From a virus (Duplodnaviria > Caudoviricetes), in the IMG/VR virus record IMGVR_UViG_2767802041_000001, positions 1-64,000 of that record: DNA of 64,000 bases; one strand, given 5' to 3'. Below, piece after piece: positions 56,476 through 64,000 of the stretch. Position numbers and translations under genes: made by a program. The notes beneath the pieces are model-generated. The model was given only the letters and a program-made list of their open reading frames with translations, ran no database searches and was not told where the DNA came from. Numbering within the stretch: position 1 is the first letter of the stretch; each line of letters opens with the position of its first letter.

Positions 56476-57618
56476 TCACCCCGCAGGCGGCCCGTCCAGC
56501 GGCACCGCCGTCACCGACCGGCGCACCTGCTCCATCCGCACCGGCAACGGCTCCCACCCCCGCGACCCCGCCATCACCCAGTTCAACGCCGCAATGCCCT
56601 TCGTGTACGACCGGCGCAACCCATCCGGCAACAACCGCACCCCCGCCGGACCCGCCTTCGACGCCTGCAACGTCACCCACAACCCCCGCCGCGAACCCAA
56701 CAACGGCAGGTCCTCGACCACCTGCTCGCGGATCTCCAACCAGCGGCGCACCGCAACCCGCGACCCCTCCCGCAGCGCATACCACTCCACCTCCGGCGGC
56801 GGCCCCAATTCCTTGACCGCCGCCAACACCCGCTGCCTCGTCGCCTCCGATCGGGCCTCCAGGCGCCCGCCGAGCACCACCTTCACCGACTCCGGATGCA
56901 CCTCGGCCAGGGCAGCGATCTCCCCCACCCGGTTCGCCGGCCCCTTCTGCTGCCGCCGCCGCACCCCCACCGCCGACAGATCCTCCGCCAGGTCGTCCAC
57001 GTTCACCGCGGCCAGCTCACCCGACCTCGGCCCCGCATCCAGCACCACCGCCACCATCGCCAACAGCCGGGCACGCTGCTCGAACGACATGCCCACACCA
57101 TCCCGCGACAACGGGCCCCGGGCGGCCAGGTCCACCATCCCCCGGTACAGCGCCTCCAACGACCGGGCCTCGACCGTCGGCTTCAACTCGGGCTGCGGCA
57201 GCACCGGCAACACCAACCCCACCCCAGGGGCTACCACCGGGCCGAGCAGGGCCACACAGTCCAGGAACACCCGCTGCGACGCCAACGGCACAGCCCGACC
57301 CCGGTCCTCCGCCCGGTAACGCAACTCCCCAGCCGCCACCAGGTCGAACACCGCCCCCAGCACCTCCGGGGCGAACAGTCGGCCCGCCGACCGCAGCACC
57401 CGCCCGCCGGCCACCTCCGGGCGGCCCACCGCACGGTCGAACATCCCCACCACCGCCCACAACTGGTGGGCCCGCTGGTCCGAGACCTGCACCGGAACAC
57501 CGCCAGCCCCCGGGACCCGCAACCGCCCCTCCCACCGGCCGGCGTCACGCGGCGCGACCCGCTCCACCACCGCGGCGAGCTGCCGCACCGCCGGGGAACC
57601 GTACTGCCTGCTGTTCAC
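56476..57618 (-). CDS. Tyrosine-recombinase-like protein lacking the C-terminal catalytic motifs
   Basis: Box I DAGPRSGEL present; no HxxR or terminal Tyr box. Confidence 0.6.
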   Translation of the reverse strand: MNSRQYGSPAVRQLAAVVERVAPRDAGRWEGRLRVPGAGGVPVQVSDQRAHQLWAVVGMFDRAVGRPEVAGGRVLRSAGRLFAPEVLGAVFDLVAAGELRYRAEDRGRAVPLASQRVFLDCVALLGPVVAPGVGLVLPVLPQPELKPTVEARSLEALYRGMVDLAARGPLSRDGVGMSFEQRARLLAMVAVVLDAGPRSGELAAVNVDDLAEDLSAVGVRRRQQKGPANRVGEIAALAEVHPESVKVVLGGRLEARSEATRQRVLAAVKELGPPPEVEWYALREGSRVAVRRWLEIREQVVEDLPLLGSRRGLWVTLQASKAGPAGVRLLPDGLRRSYTKGIAALNWVMAGSRGWEPLPVRMEQVRRSVTAVPLDGPPAG

Positions 57619-57640
57619 CGGGGTCTCCTGCTCGTAGGCA

Positions 57641-58744
57641 TCAGGTGAGTCCTGCGGAGGCATTGTCCTCCCAGCCGTCGTCGCGCTGCATGTACCCGAG
57701 CATGGAACGGCTGTGCCTGGCCCACCCGCCCTGGTCTGCGATGGCGACGGCGTCCTTGCCCTTGCGGCGCCCGGTGGACGCGAGGCCGGAGCGCAGGGAG
57801 TGGCCGGTCCAGAGGATGGGGATGCCGGCCCGCTGGGAGATGCGCTTGATGGCGCGGGTTACCCCGTCCGGCCCGAGCGGGCCGCGGATGTTGCCGTGCT
57901 GGTCGATCCAGTGGAACGCCGAGTCGGACGGCGACTCGTGGGGGCTGCCTCCGTGGGCGACGAGGGCCTGCCGGTATGCGACCCAGGCTCGGACTGGGCA
58001 GATGACGGGGTCCTTCTGGTAAGGGATCTTCGCGTCGCGCACGGAGTGCTTCGTCTTGCCGGTGAGGACGGAGACGACGAGCCCCTTGGCCCGTACGGCG
58101 ACGTCACCGTTCAGCAGGCCGGCGGGCTCGGAGGCGCGGGAGGCGAAGTGGAACCCGGTGAGAACGAGGGCGAGGTCGCGCAGGCCTTCAAGGCTGTCGT
58201 CGCAGGCTGCGGAGATGGCGTAGAGGCCGTCGGGGTCGGCGGCCACCGCCTGGCCGCGGCCGCGGCGCTCCTTTCCCTTGAGGAGCAGCACCTCCAGGCC
58301 GTCCAAGGCGATGCGCGCCTCGGCGGCGTCGTCCTTGGTGACGGTATGGCCGCCCCTGCGCAGGCCGACGATCGCGGCGTCCAGGTGCAACCGGGCGCTG
58401 GCCGGCGCGTACCCCAAGACCCCGCCCGGTCCTGGCCGTTGCCGTCCTTCGCGGAGTAGCCACCCGACGTAGGCGACCAGAGTGCCGCGCGATCCCTCGG
58501 TGAGAGGGAAGCCCTGCGCGGCGCAGAACCGCTCCCAAACGCGCCAGGACTTGGTGTAGGTGTCCTCGGTGTTCGCGGGCCGGATCTCGGCGGCGACGGC
58601 ATCGGCGAAGTCCTCGGCCTGCGCGAGCCGGGCGGCCGCCTCGACGCCGTGGCGTGCCGCCCACTTCTCGACGAGCGCTGCACGCTGGGCGACGGCCGGG
58701 CTCGGTAGCGGCCCCAGGGGAAGGCCATCCAGGGCGGTGCTCAC
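57641..58744 (-). CDS. Cre/MrpA-like tyrosine recombinase (multimer resolvase)
   Basis: NT..TY...WR.W..FC; RDLAL...GF..ASRASE; GKT; GHSLRSG; GGW; MLGYM. Confidence 0.9.
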   Translation of the reverse strand: MSTALDGLPLGPLPSPAVAQRAALVEKWAARHGVEAAARLAQAEDFADAVAAEIRPANTEDTYTKSWRVWERFCAAQGFPLTEGSRGTLVAYVGWLLREGRQRPGPGGVLGYAPASARLHLDAAIVGLRRGGHTVTKDDAAEARIALDGLEVLLLKGKERRGRGQAVAADPDGLYAISAACDDSLEGLRDLALVLTGFHFASRASEPAGLLNGDVAVRAKGLVVSVLTGKTKHSVRDAKIPYQKDPVICPVRAWVAYRQALVAHGGSPHESPSDSAFHWIDQHGNIRGPLGPDGVTRAIKRISQRAGIPILWTGHSLRSGLASTGRRKGKDAVAIADQGGWARHSRSMLGYMQRDDGWEDNASAGLT

Positions 58745-59007
58745 TGCTTTGATCCCGGCTTCTCGTCCCAGTAGCCGTTGTCCACTCCGGTCTTCAAGTA
58801 CCGCATGGCATGGTCGATGGAGGCCGAAGGGTCTAGGGCTGCATGAAGAATCTCGCTGAACTCCTGGTGGGCGGCGGCGTCTGCCGGGTTGAGCCCCCGT
58901 CGGCACTTGCGGTCCCAGTAGTCGCTCTCGACCATGATTCGGTCTTGGAGTTCAGCACGGGTCAGGCTGTCCAGGTCGGCACGGGTGAGTCGCTTGAAGG
59001 CGGGCAT
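58741..59007 (-). CDS. Small hypothetical protein coupled to the recombinase gene
   Basis: AAGGAG RBS, GTGA overlap. Confidence 0.65.
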   Translation of the reverse strand: MPAFKRLTRADLDSLTRAELQDRIMVESDYWDRKCRRGLNPADAAAHQEFSEILHAALDPSASIDHAMRYLKTGVDNGYWDEKPGSKQ

Positions 59008-59030
59008 CTGGGGCTCCTTGACACGTCACG

Positions 59031-59067
59031 TCTTACCTCGGATAAGGAGAGGTTATCCGAGGTGAGA
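59031..59067. other. Candidate lox/dif-like recombination site
   Basis: ACCTCGGATAA-GGAGAGG-TTATCCGAGGT (11-7-11, 59035-59063), extendable to 15-bp arms with one mismatch; upstream of the recombinase operon. Confidence 0.7.
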
Positions 59068-59234
59068 CGCAGCGTTCCGCCCGGCACGATCAAGCAGAGG
59101 TGGCCGCCACTTCTGCTCTGTACGCGATCCTAAGGATCAGGCCGGATACAGGCCGAGACGCTGGAGCAGCACCGTGACCCCGTAGATCACGACGGATCCC
59201 GCGACCTAGACCGCCACGGCGAGCACCCGGTATT

Positions 59235-59603
59235 TCACTGGAAGATTCGGACCACGCCTCGACGGTGCGCTTCCATCGCATCCACGGTCATCTCGTGGAC
59301 GGCGACGTTGATCCCGCCCGGCAGAGCAGCCGTTCCCGGGGAGACGGTCACATTGGGCATGTAAACGTTGACGCGCGACAGGCTCTCGACCAGTCCACCG
59401 AGCGGACCCGCCTTCAACCGGAGGAGTCGCTCGGCGCACTCGCGGCAGGACGGCATCCTGTTTTGCTTGCGGGTGCAGACGTACTGGCCGCCGCTTCGAG
59501 GGTGGGCGTGGTCACGGTGGCCGCAGCGCGGGCAATCACTGCCGTGCCGACGGGTCACCTGGCGCAGGGCGCGGTCAGCGTTCGGGTAGGGGCGGTGACT
59601 CAT
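59235..59603 (-). CDS. Hypothetical Cys-rich protein
   Basis: AGGAGG RBS; CPRCGH...H, C...C.EC. Confidence 0.6.
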   Translation of the reverse strand: MSHRPYPNADRALRQVTRRHGSDCPRCGHRDHAHPRSGGQYVCTRKQNRMPSCRECAERLLRLKAGPLGGLVESLSRVNVYMPNVTVSPGTAALPGGINVAVHEMTVDAMEAHRRGVVRIFQ

Positions 59604-59862
59604 CGCGACCTCCTGGTGGGCGTACTGCCGATCGTAGCGACGAACCGGCGCAGGCTTCCCCCCGCTCGGTCACGGGTGCAGCAGCCGGGACAGTGGCGTC
59701 GGCCGGGCCCCGGGTTCGTGCGGGCGTTCCGGCGGGTCGGGTGGTTCGCCGGGGTGCGCGGTGTCGTCGGGGCCGGCCGCCTCGACCTCGCGCCGGTTCG
59801 GGTCGGTGCTCATGGTTCAAGGGTGCGCTTGGTGAGGCAAGTTGCTGCCCCTGGGTAGACAG

Positions 59863-59905
59863 TTCAACGCGTCCGTTGACTTTTCAATGGGTGCGTTGAA
59901 TAATG
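59863..59905 (+). promoter_or_regulatory. Promoter inside a 38-bp imperfect palindrome
   Basis: TTGACT-17-AATAAT, ATG 6 nt after the -10 (leaderless-like); arms TTCAACGC...GCGTTGAA. Confidence 0.6.
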
Positions 59906-59910
59906 GGGTC

Positions 59911-60714
59911 ATGGAAGCCACCCGTGACACCATCGCCGCCACGCACCGTCGCATCGCCCGCGTCACCAACGCCCTGCTCGCGGAGCTCCCGCCGGAAGCC
60001 GTCAGCGGCACCATCGCCTTCGGCAAGCCCGCCGGTACCCGAGTGATGCTCAACGAGGACCTGACTGCCGCAGACATCCTCAACAAGTCCCGAATGCACG
60101 ACGAAGGCGGCTTCGCGGACCCCCACTGGGTACTCCAGGGCGTCCACCCCGAGCTGTGGAACGGCCGCAAGCCCACCCGTGACACTCAGGTCCGAACGAC
60201 CGAGACCGATCAGACCATCCCCGCCCCTGCCCGCCAAGCTCTGTCTGCCGCAACCTCCTTCGGGGCGGCCTTGCTCAACTGGAGAAAGGCGTCTCCCGGA
60301 AGCCACCACCCTGATGAGGTTCGCGAGCGAGCCGCAGGCCGCGTTGCGCTGCACCTTGCCGACGCCAACGCAATCCTGGACATCCTGGAGCCCGAGTTGG
60401 GTCTGACGGAGCCTGCCGAGCAGGGCCCCGACCAGCTCCCCTCCGTAGCAGCCCTGGCCGCCCTGCCGCCGATCACTCGGGCTATCGCCGCCATCCGCGC
60501 CCGTGACACGGCAGACCGCAGCAGGACGGTTTACGCGGACGTACTGGGGGAGGCCCTGGCGGAGCTCAAGCAGACCCACGGACGTGGCTGGACGACCCAC
60601 GCGGCCAACGCTTTGGGTATGAAACCGTCGTCCGCCGATGAGGCGCTGCGCCGTTACCAGCGACGCTTGAACACGGCCCATACCCCGAACCAGAACCCCA
60701 CCACCGAGCAGTGA
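59911..60714 (+). CDS. Lead gene of the array; C-terminal HTH-like region; ends TTEQ
   Basis: THAANALGMKPSSADEALRRY; stop lies inside repeat 1. Confidence 0.7.
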   Translation: MEATRDTIAATHRRIARVTNALLAELPPEAVSGTIAFGKPAGTRVMLNEDLTAADILNKSRMHDEGGFADPHWVLQGVHPELWNGRKPTRDTQVRTTETDQTIPAPARQALSAATSFGAALLNWRKASPGSHHPDEVRERAAGRVALHLADANAILDILEPELGLTEPAEQGPDQLPSVAALAALPPITRAIAAIRARDTADRSRTVYADVLGEALAELKQTHGRGWTTHAANALGMKPSSADEALRRYQRRLNTAHTPNQNPTTEQ

Positions 60715-60725
60715 GGACCACGACC

Positions 60726-60923
60726 ATGAACGACCGGCTCGAATCCCGGCCGGGAGGCCACCCGCACCTGGACACGATCCTGGCCCACGGCGAGAGCCCC
60801 CGCCACCTCCTGATGGACCACCTGTGCCGCCCGGCCCGCCTCGACCGGGCACTCACCGAGACCTACGCGCGGCAGCTCATCAACGCCGTGATCACCGAAG
60901 CGAACCCCCAGACCGGGCAGTGA
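60726..60923 (+). CDS. Array ORF 1 (65 aa, ends QTGQ)
   Basis: Start and stop both lie inside repeats. Confidence 0.7.
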   Translation: MNDRLESRPGGHPHLDTILAHGESPRHLLMDHLCRPARLDRALTETYARQLINAVITEANPQTGQ

Positions 60924-60934
60924 GGACCACGATC

Positions 60935-61195
60935 ATGGCGAAGGTAACCGCCCGCGACGCCCTGTCCTACTCGCTCAAGCGAGATCAAGCCCAGTTCGCC
61001 GAAGAGGCCGAGCGGCTGGCCAAGCAGGCCGCGCACATCGCCGCGAACCCGCCCACTGACGGCCGATCCGTTTCCGGCGACATCACCCGCCTCATGCAGG
61101 AGGCCGCCTTCCTCCTCAAGCGGGCCGTCACCATCGAAGCCGGGCTCGAAGCCGTCGGGCTGATGGGTGTCGAGACCGCCACCACCGCACAGTGA
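60935..61195 (+). CDS. Array ORF 2 (86 aa, helical, ends TTAQ)
   Basis: Start and stop both lie inside repeats. Confidence 0.7.
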   Translation: MAKVTARDALSYSLKRDQAQFAEEAERLAKQAAHIAANPPTDGRSVSGDITRLMQEAAFLLKRAVTIEAGLEAVGLMGVETATTAQ

Positions 61196-61206
61196 GGACC
61201 ACGACC

Positions 61207-61368
61207 ATGGAGTACGAGCCGAGCGCGGACGAAGAGGTCTGCGGCGACACCTACGACCACGACGTCGTCATCGACCACGAGAGCAAGGACGGCATCCAGT
61301 GGCACTGCGCCCGACCCGGGTGCGGAGTTGAAGTCTGGGACCCGGCGCCCATCACCACCGAGCAGTGA
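61207..61368 (+). CDS. Array ORF 3 (53 aa, acidic with Cys/His, ends TTEQ)
   Basis: Hand translation MEYEPSADEEVCGDTYDHD...PITTEQ; below the ORF-track cutoff. Confidence 0.7.
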   Translation: MEYEPSADEEVCGDTYDHDVVIDHESKDGIQWHCARPGCGVEVWDPAPITTEQ

Positions 61369-61379
61369 GGACCGCGACC

Positions 61380-61538
61380 ATGGCAACCTACATCCTTTGC
61401 ATTGAGACCGACGGCGATGTCAATCCGGCCCAGCTCCGAGCCGACCTAGAGAACGCGGCCGAGGTAGGAGACCTCTCGGTCGGCCTGAAGGTCACCGCCG
61501 TAGCGGCAGTCGAGCCTTCGGCCACCACCGAGCAGTGA
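61380..61538 (+). CDS. Array ORF 4 (52 aa, ends TTEQ)
   Basis: Hand translation MATYILCIETDGDV...PSATTEQ. Confidence 0.7.
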   Translation: MATYILCIETDGDVNPAQLRADLENAAEVGDLSVGLKVTAVAAVEPSATTEQ

Positions 61539-61549
61539 GGAGTACGACT

Positions 61550-61723
61550 ATGACCCGCGAGGAGTACGAGGAGCAGTACCGCCGCCTAGAAGCCGACGCG
61601 GCGGACGCCAAGAAGACCCTGAACCGCGCTCGCGCCACGTACGACGGCATCTGCGAGGAACTGCGGAACCTGCGCATCGACTGGACCGAGCAGCAGCGCC
61701 GTCAGACCACTACCGAGCAGTGA
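61550..61723 (+). CDS. Array ORF 5 (57 aa, coiled coil, ends TTEQ)
   Basis: MTREEYEEQYRRLEAD...QTTTEQ. Confidence 0.7.
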   Translation: MTREEYEEQYRRLEADAADAKKTLNRARATYDGICEELRNLRIDWTEQQRRQTTTEQ

Positions 61724-61800
61724 GGACCACGGCGGCGGAACACGACTACGTGCCGGAGGGCACGCCACAGTGCCGCAGGTGTGCAGCCACCGAGCAGTAG
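61720..61800 (+). pseudogene. Truncated terminal array unit (ends ATEQ)
   Basis: Repeat 6 lacks its ATG; a short open frame ...CRRCAATEQ ends in a half repeat. Confidence 0.5.
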
Positions 61801-61936
61801 CCCGCCAGCGCGACGCCCCGACCATTAGAGGTGGCCGCGGGCGGCGCCGTGTCAGCCTACGTGCTGCTGCTTGTCCGTCGAGACGACCCGAGGACGACAG
61901 TCCAGAGGGGGCCGGCAAGGATGGAGAGACGTGCAA

Positions 61937-61982
61937 GATCCGGTTATTTAAGTCGCAAAACTATAGGACAACACCGCAGGTC
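61937..61982 (+). repeat. 46-bp inverted repeat, right copy
   Basis: GATCCGGTTATTTAAGTCGCAAAACTATAGGACAACACCGCAGGTC. Confidence 0.9.
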
Positions 61983-62004
61983 AAAAGCCTGGACGCCAGA
62001 CTTG

Positions 62005-63291
62005 TCATGCCACCCTCGTCAACCTGAGCCACGACCCGGCACGCAACACCGTTGCCGTAGCCATCGCCGCGTTCTGCGCCCACTGCACAGTGATCGCCCC
62101 GGACGCACCCGCAGTGATCGTGCCAAGCGGAGTAACGATCAGCCCGGCAGCAGTGATGCCGACCCCAATAGCCACACCAGGGTCGTACCGAGTCAGCCGC
62201 AACGACCCCGTGCCGTCCGAAACGCCCAGCGTGATCCCGGCCGGAGCCCAATGCCCAGTAGAGCCGGGCGGCGCAGACAGAGTCAGCAGCAGGTCGCCCG
62301 CCGGGTCCCCCGAGACAACCAGGCACGCGTCTATGGCGTACCGGCCGCCAGCGGTAACGGGGAGGGTGAGGTGGTCGTCGTCCTGGAGGACGGTAGACGA
62401 GGTGACGGACTCGTCAGCGGCCTTGTCGACCGTGCGGATGACGCCGACGACGTCACCTGTCGGCGGGACGCCAGCAGGGCCCTGCGGTCCTTGCGGCCCG
62501 GTAGCTCCCGTATCGCCCTTCGGGCCGGCGGGTCCCGTTGCACCAGTGGCTCCAGTGTCGCCCTTGGGGCCGGCGGGTCCCGTTGCACCAGTGGCTCCAG
62601 TGTCGCCCTTGGGGCCGGCCGGGCCGACCGCTCCCGTGGCCCCGGCCGCACCGGTAGCGCCGGTGTCGCCCTTCGGCCCGGCGGGGCCTTGAGGGCCTGT
62701 GTCTCCCGTGTCGCCCTTGGCTCCATCCGGGCCGGTTGCACCGGTTGCTCCGGTGGGTCCGGGGTCTCCCTGCGGGCCTGGCACCCCCTGCGGGCCCTCC
62801 GGCCCGGTCGCCCCGTCGGCTCCCGGCGCCCCATCGGCTCCGGCAGCGCCCGGGTGGCCTTGTGGGCCAGGGTCGCCTGCCGGGCCTGTCGCGCCGGGCG
62901 GTCCTGCTGGGCCCTCGGGGCCCGGCACGTACACGATGGTGCTACCCCCGGTCGGGGCCTCCCCCAGATCGACCCGCAGATCCCCCACCCAGTGCGGGCC
63001 GCCGGTCTCCGGCACCAGGATGTACGTCATCACCGGCATGCCGTCGTACGAGCGGCCCTCCATCACCGCCCACACCGTGTCCCCGGCGTCCGCCTGGACC
63101 TGCGCGTTCGGGATCAGGTCCGCGGACCAGGTGCCGTCCTCCTGCGGCTTCACCAGGACGGGGCGGACGACCTCGGCCTCTTCCCCGCCGGCGTACCCGA
63201 TCGCCCGGGCGCCGGTGACGTCGACCAGCTCGATCTCGATCCGGGTCTGCGACGGCACCCCGCCGAACAGCTTGCCCGTGACGGTGGCCAT
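62005..63291 (-). CDS. Collagen-like (Gly-X-Y) phage structural / tail-fibre-like protein
   Basis: Long Gly-X-Y run including a 45-bp tandem unit ([15 protein letters not shown]); beta-rich C-terminal domain; TGATG overlap at the start. Confidence 0.8.
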   Translation of the reverse strand: MATVTGKLFGGVPSQTRIEIELVDVTGARAIGYAGGEEAEVVRPVLVKPQEDGTWSADLIPNAQVQADAGDTVWAVMEGRSYDGMPVMTYILVPETGGPHWVGDLRVDLGEAPTGGSTIVYVPGPEGPAGPPGATGPAGDPGPQGHPGAAGADGAPGADGATGPEGPQGVPGPQGDPGPTGATGATGPDGAKGDTGDTGPQGPAGPKGDTGATGAAGATGAVGPAGPKGDTGATGATGPAGPKGDTGATGATGPAGPKGDTGATGPQGPQGPAGVPPTGDVVGVIRTVDKAADESVTSSTVLQDDDHLTLPVTAGGRYAIDACLVVSGDPAGDLLLTLSAPPGSTGHWAPAGITLGVSDGTGSLRLTRYDPGVAIGVGITAAGLIVTPLGTITAGASGAITVQWAQNAAMATATVLRAGSWLRLTRVA

Positions 63292-63671
63292 CAGATGCTC
63301 CAGGTGATGAGGTCGGTGGGCACCGAAACGGGCTCCTGGCCACACGTGCACGCACGTAGCCGCTGATTCGCCGAGCGCACCACCATCAGTGCGGACCGGA
63401 GTTTCTCCTCCCGGTCGTCCCGCTCGGACCGGAGCTTGTCGACGTCGTGCTTGAGCTGCCCGATCTCCTCGCGTAGCCCGTTGATCTGCGCCTGCAAGGC
63501 GTCCCGTATCTCCTTGAACGCCTCACGGTCCTGCTGCCGCTCACTCGCCGCGTTCTGCGGCGCCGCCTGTTCACGGGCCGCGATCCGCGAGTTCCGCGAC
63601 GCGTACAGGGTTCCCGCGAGGCTGATGAGGGCGATTGCTGCCGTGCCAACGGCGGTCCACGCGTTACCCAT
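63291..63671 (-). CDS. Membrane-anchored coiled-coil protein (lysis-region type)
   Basis: N-terminal TM helix then coiled coil. Confidence 0.65.
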   Translation of the reverse strand: MGNAWTAVGTAAIALISLAGTLYASRNSRIAAREQAAPQNAASERQQDREAFKEIRDALQAQINGLREEIGQLKHDVDKLRSERDDREEKLRSALMVVRSANQRLRACTCGQEPVSVPTDLITWSI

Positions 63672-64000
63672 TACGCTGATCCATTCTCCGGGCGGCGCAC
63701 CGGTGGCTCAGGCCACCCGGATACGACGATCAACCGCAGTGCGGCAAATGCCCAGGTGGCAGCGTTCACCCAGGCGGAGGGAAAGTCGCCGTCGATGATC
63801 GCGCCGATGTAGGCGCACGACCACAGCAATGTCGGTAGGACCGCAGCAGCAAATCCGTACCGGTCACGTCCTGTGCGGGCCAGAGCGAAGGCGATCGCCG
63901 TGAGTCCGCAGACCACCCACAGCGCACCCCAAACCCACATGGGAGCTATCTGGCGCAGGAGAACCATGCCGCGAACCGTGTTGGGGCTGGGCTCCGTCAT
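63671..64000 (-). CDS. Multi-TM membrane protein (holin-like; 5' end probably outside the window)
   Basis: Three hydrophobic segments; TAATG overlap with the next gene. Confidence 0.6.
   Translation of the reverse strand: MTEPSPNTVRGMVLLRQIAPMWVWGALWVVCGLTAIAFALARTGRDRYGFAAAVLPTLLWSCAYIGAIIDGDFPSAWVNAATWAFAALRLIVVSGWPEPPVRRPENGSA

Larger units (their letters stand above)
60700..61800 (+). repeat. Seven copies of a junction repeat, consensus ACCACCGAGCAGTGAGGACCACGACCATG
   Basis: Copies at 60700, 60909, 61181, 61354, 61524, 61709 (3'-degenerate) and 61786 (half copy ending TAG). Confidence 0.92.
1..64000. mobile_element. Conjugative phage-plasmid (plasmid prophage) of a Streptomyces-like host
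   Basis: Terminase/portal genes, collagen-like structural gene, TraB-like FtsK ATPase, GntR/KorA, ParAB, RepA-like gene and Cre-like resolvase co-occur. No chromosomal housekeeping synteny. The structural operon leaves the left edge and its apparent end enters from the right edge on the same strand. Confidence 0.85.

Noticed and set aside
57641-58744. Chromosomal integrase with attP or attL/attR
   Set aside because: The protein is Cre/resolvase-like, no tRNA fragment or host junction is visible, and the element has plasmid replication and partition genes.
60700-61800. CRISPR array interpretation of the 29-bp repeats
   Set aside because: Intervals are long and uneven, each full interval encodes an ORF, the repeat is not palindromic, and no cas genes are present.
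62470-62930. Tandem GC-rich repeats as a DNA element
   Set aside because: Fully explained by collagen Gly-X-Y coding.
1-64000. tRNA, rRNA, IS transposase or reverse transcriptase (DGR/retron) genes
   Set aside because: None recognised by eye; a tRNAscan, Infernal or HMM run would be needed to exclude them firmly.

Overview
High-GC actinobacterial (Streptomyces-like) sequence that reads as most of one conjugative phage-plasmid. It carries packaging genes (terS, terL, portal running off the left edge) and the distal end of a structural/lysis operon entering from the right edge, which suggests a circular element. It also has a TraB/Spd/KorA-type transfer module and two apparent replication modules: an HTH initiator with internal iterons plus a degenerate DnaB, and RepA-DciA-ParA-ParB with palindromic parS candidates. 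Further genes include thyX, ssb, a RuvC-like resolvase, two WhiB-like regulators, a Rad52-like annealing protein, a C5 methyltransferase, and a Cre/MrpA-like recombinase beside an 11-7-11 palindromic site. The most unusual signals are: (1) an array of tiny ORFs at 59.9-61.8 kb joined by a 29-bp direct repeat containing stop, RBS and start, so that nearly every product ends in TTEQ; (2) an MmyB-like regulator paired with an intact type III polyketide synthase; (3) a 19-bp palindrome overlapping five sigma70-like promoters; (4) a perfect 46-bp inverted repeat 13 kb apart; (5) four CGCCAA-loop hairpins upstream of repA; (6) about 22 TGAGCC/GGCTCA hexamers inside an spdB-like gene. All family assignments come from motif recognition by eye, without database searches.
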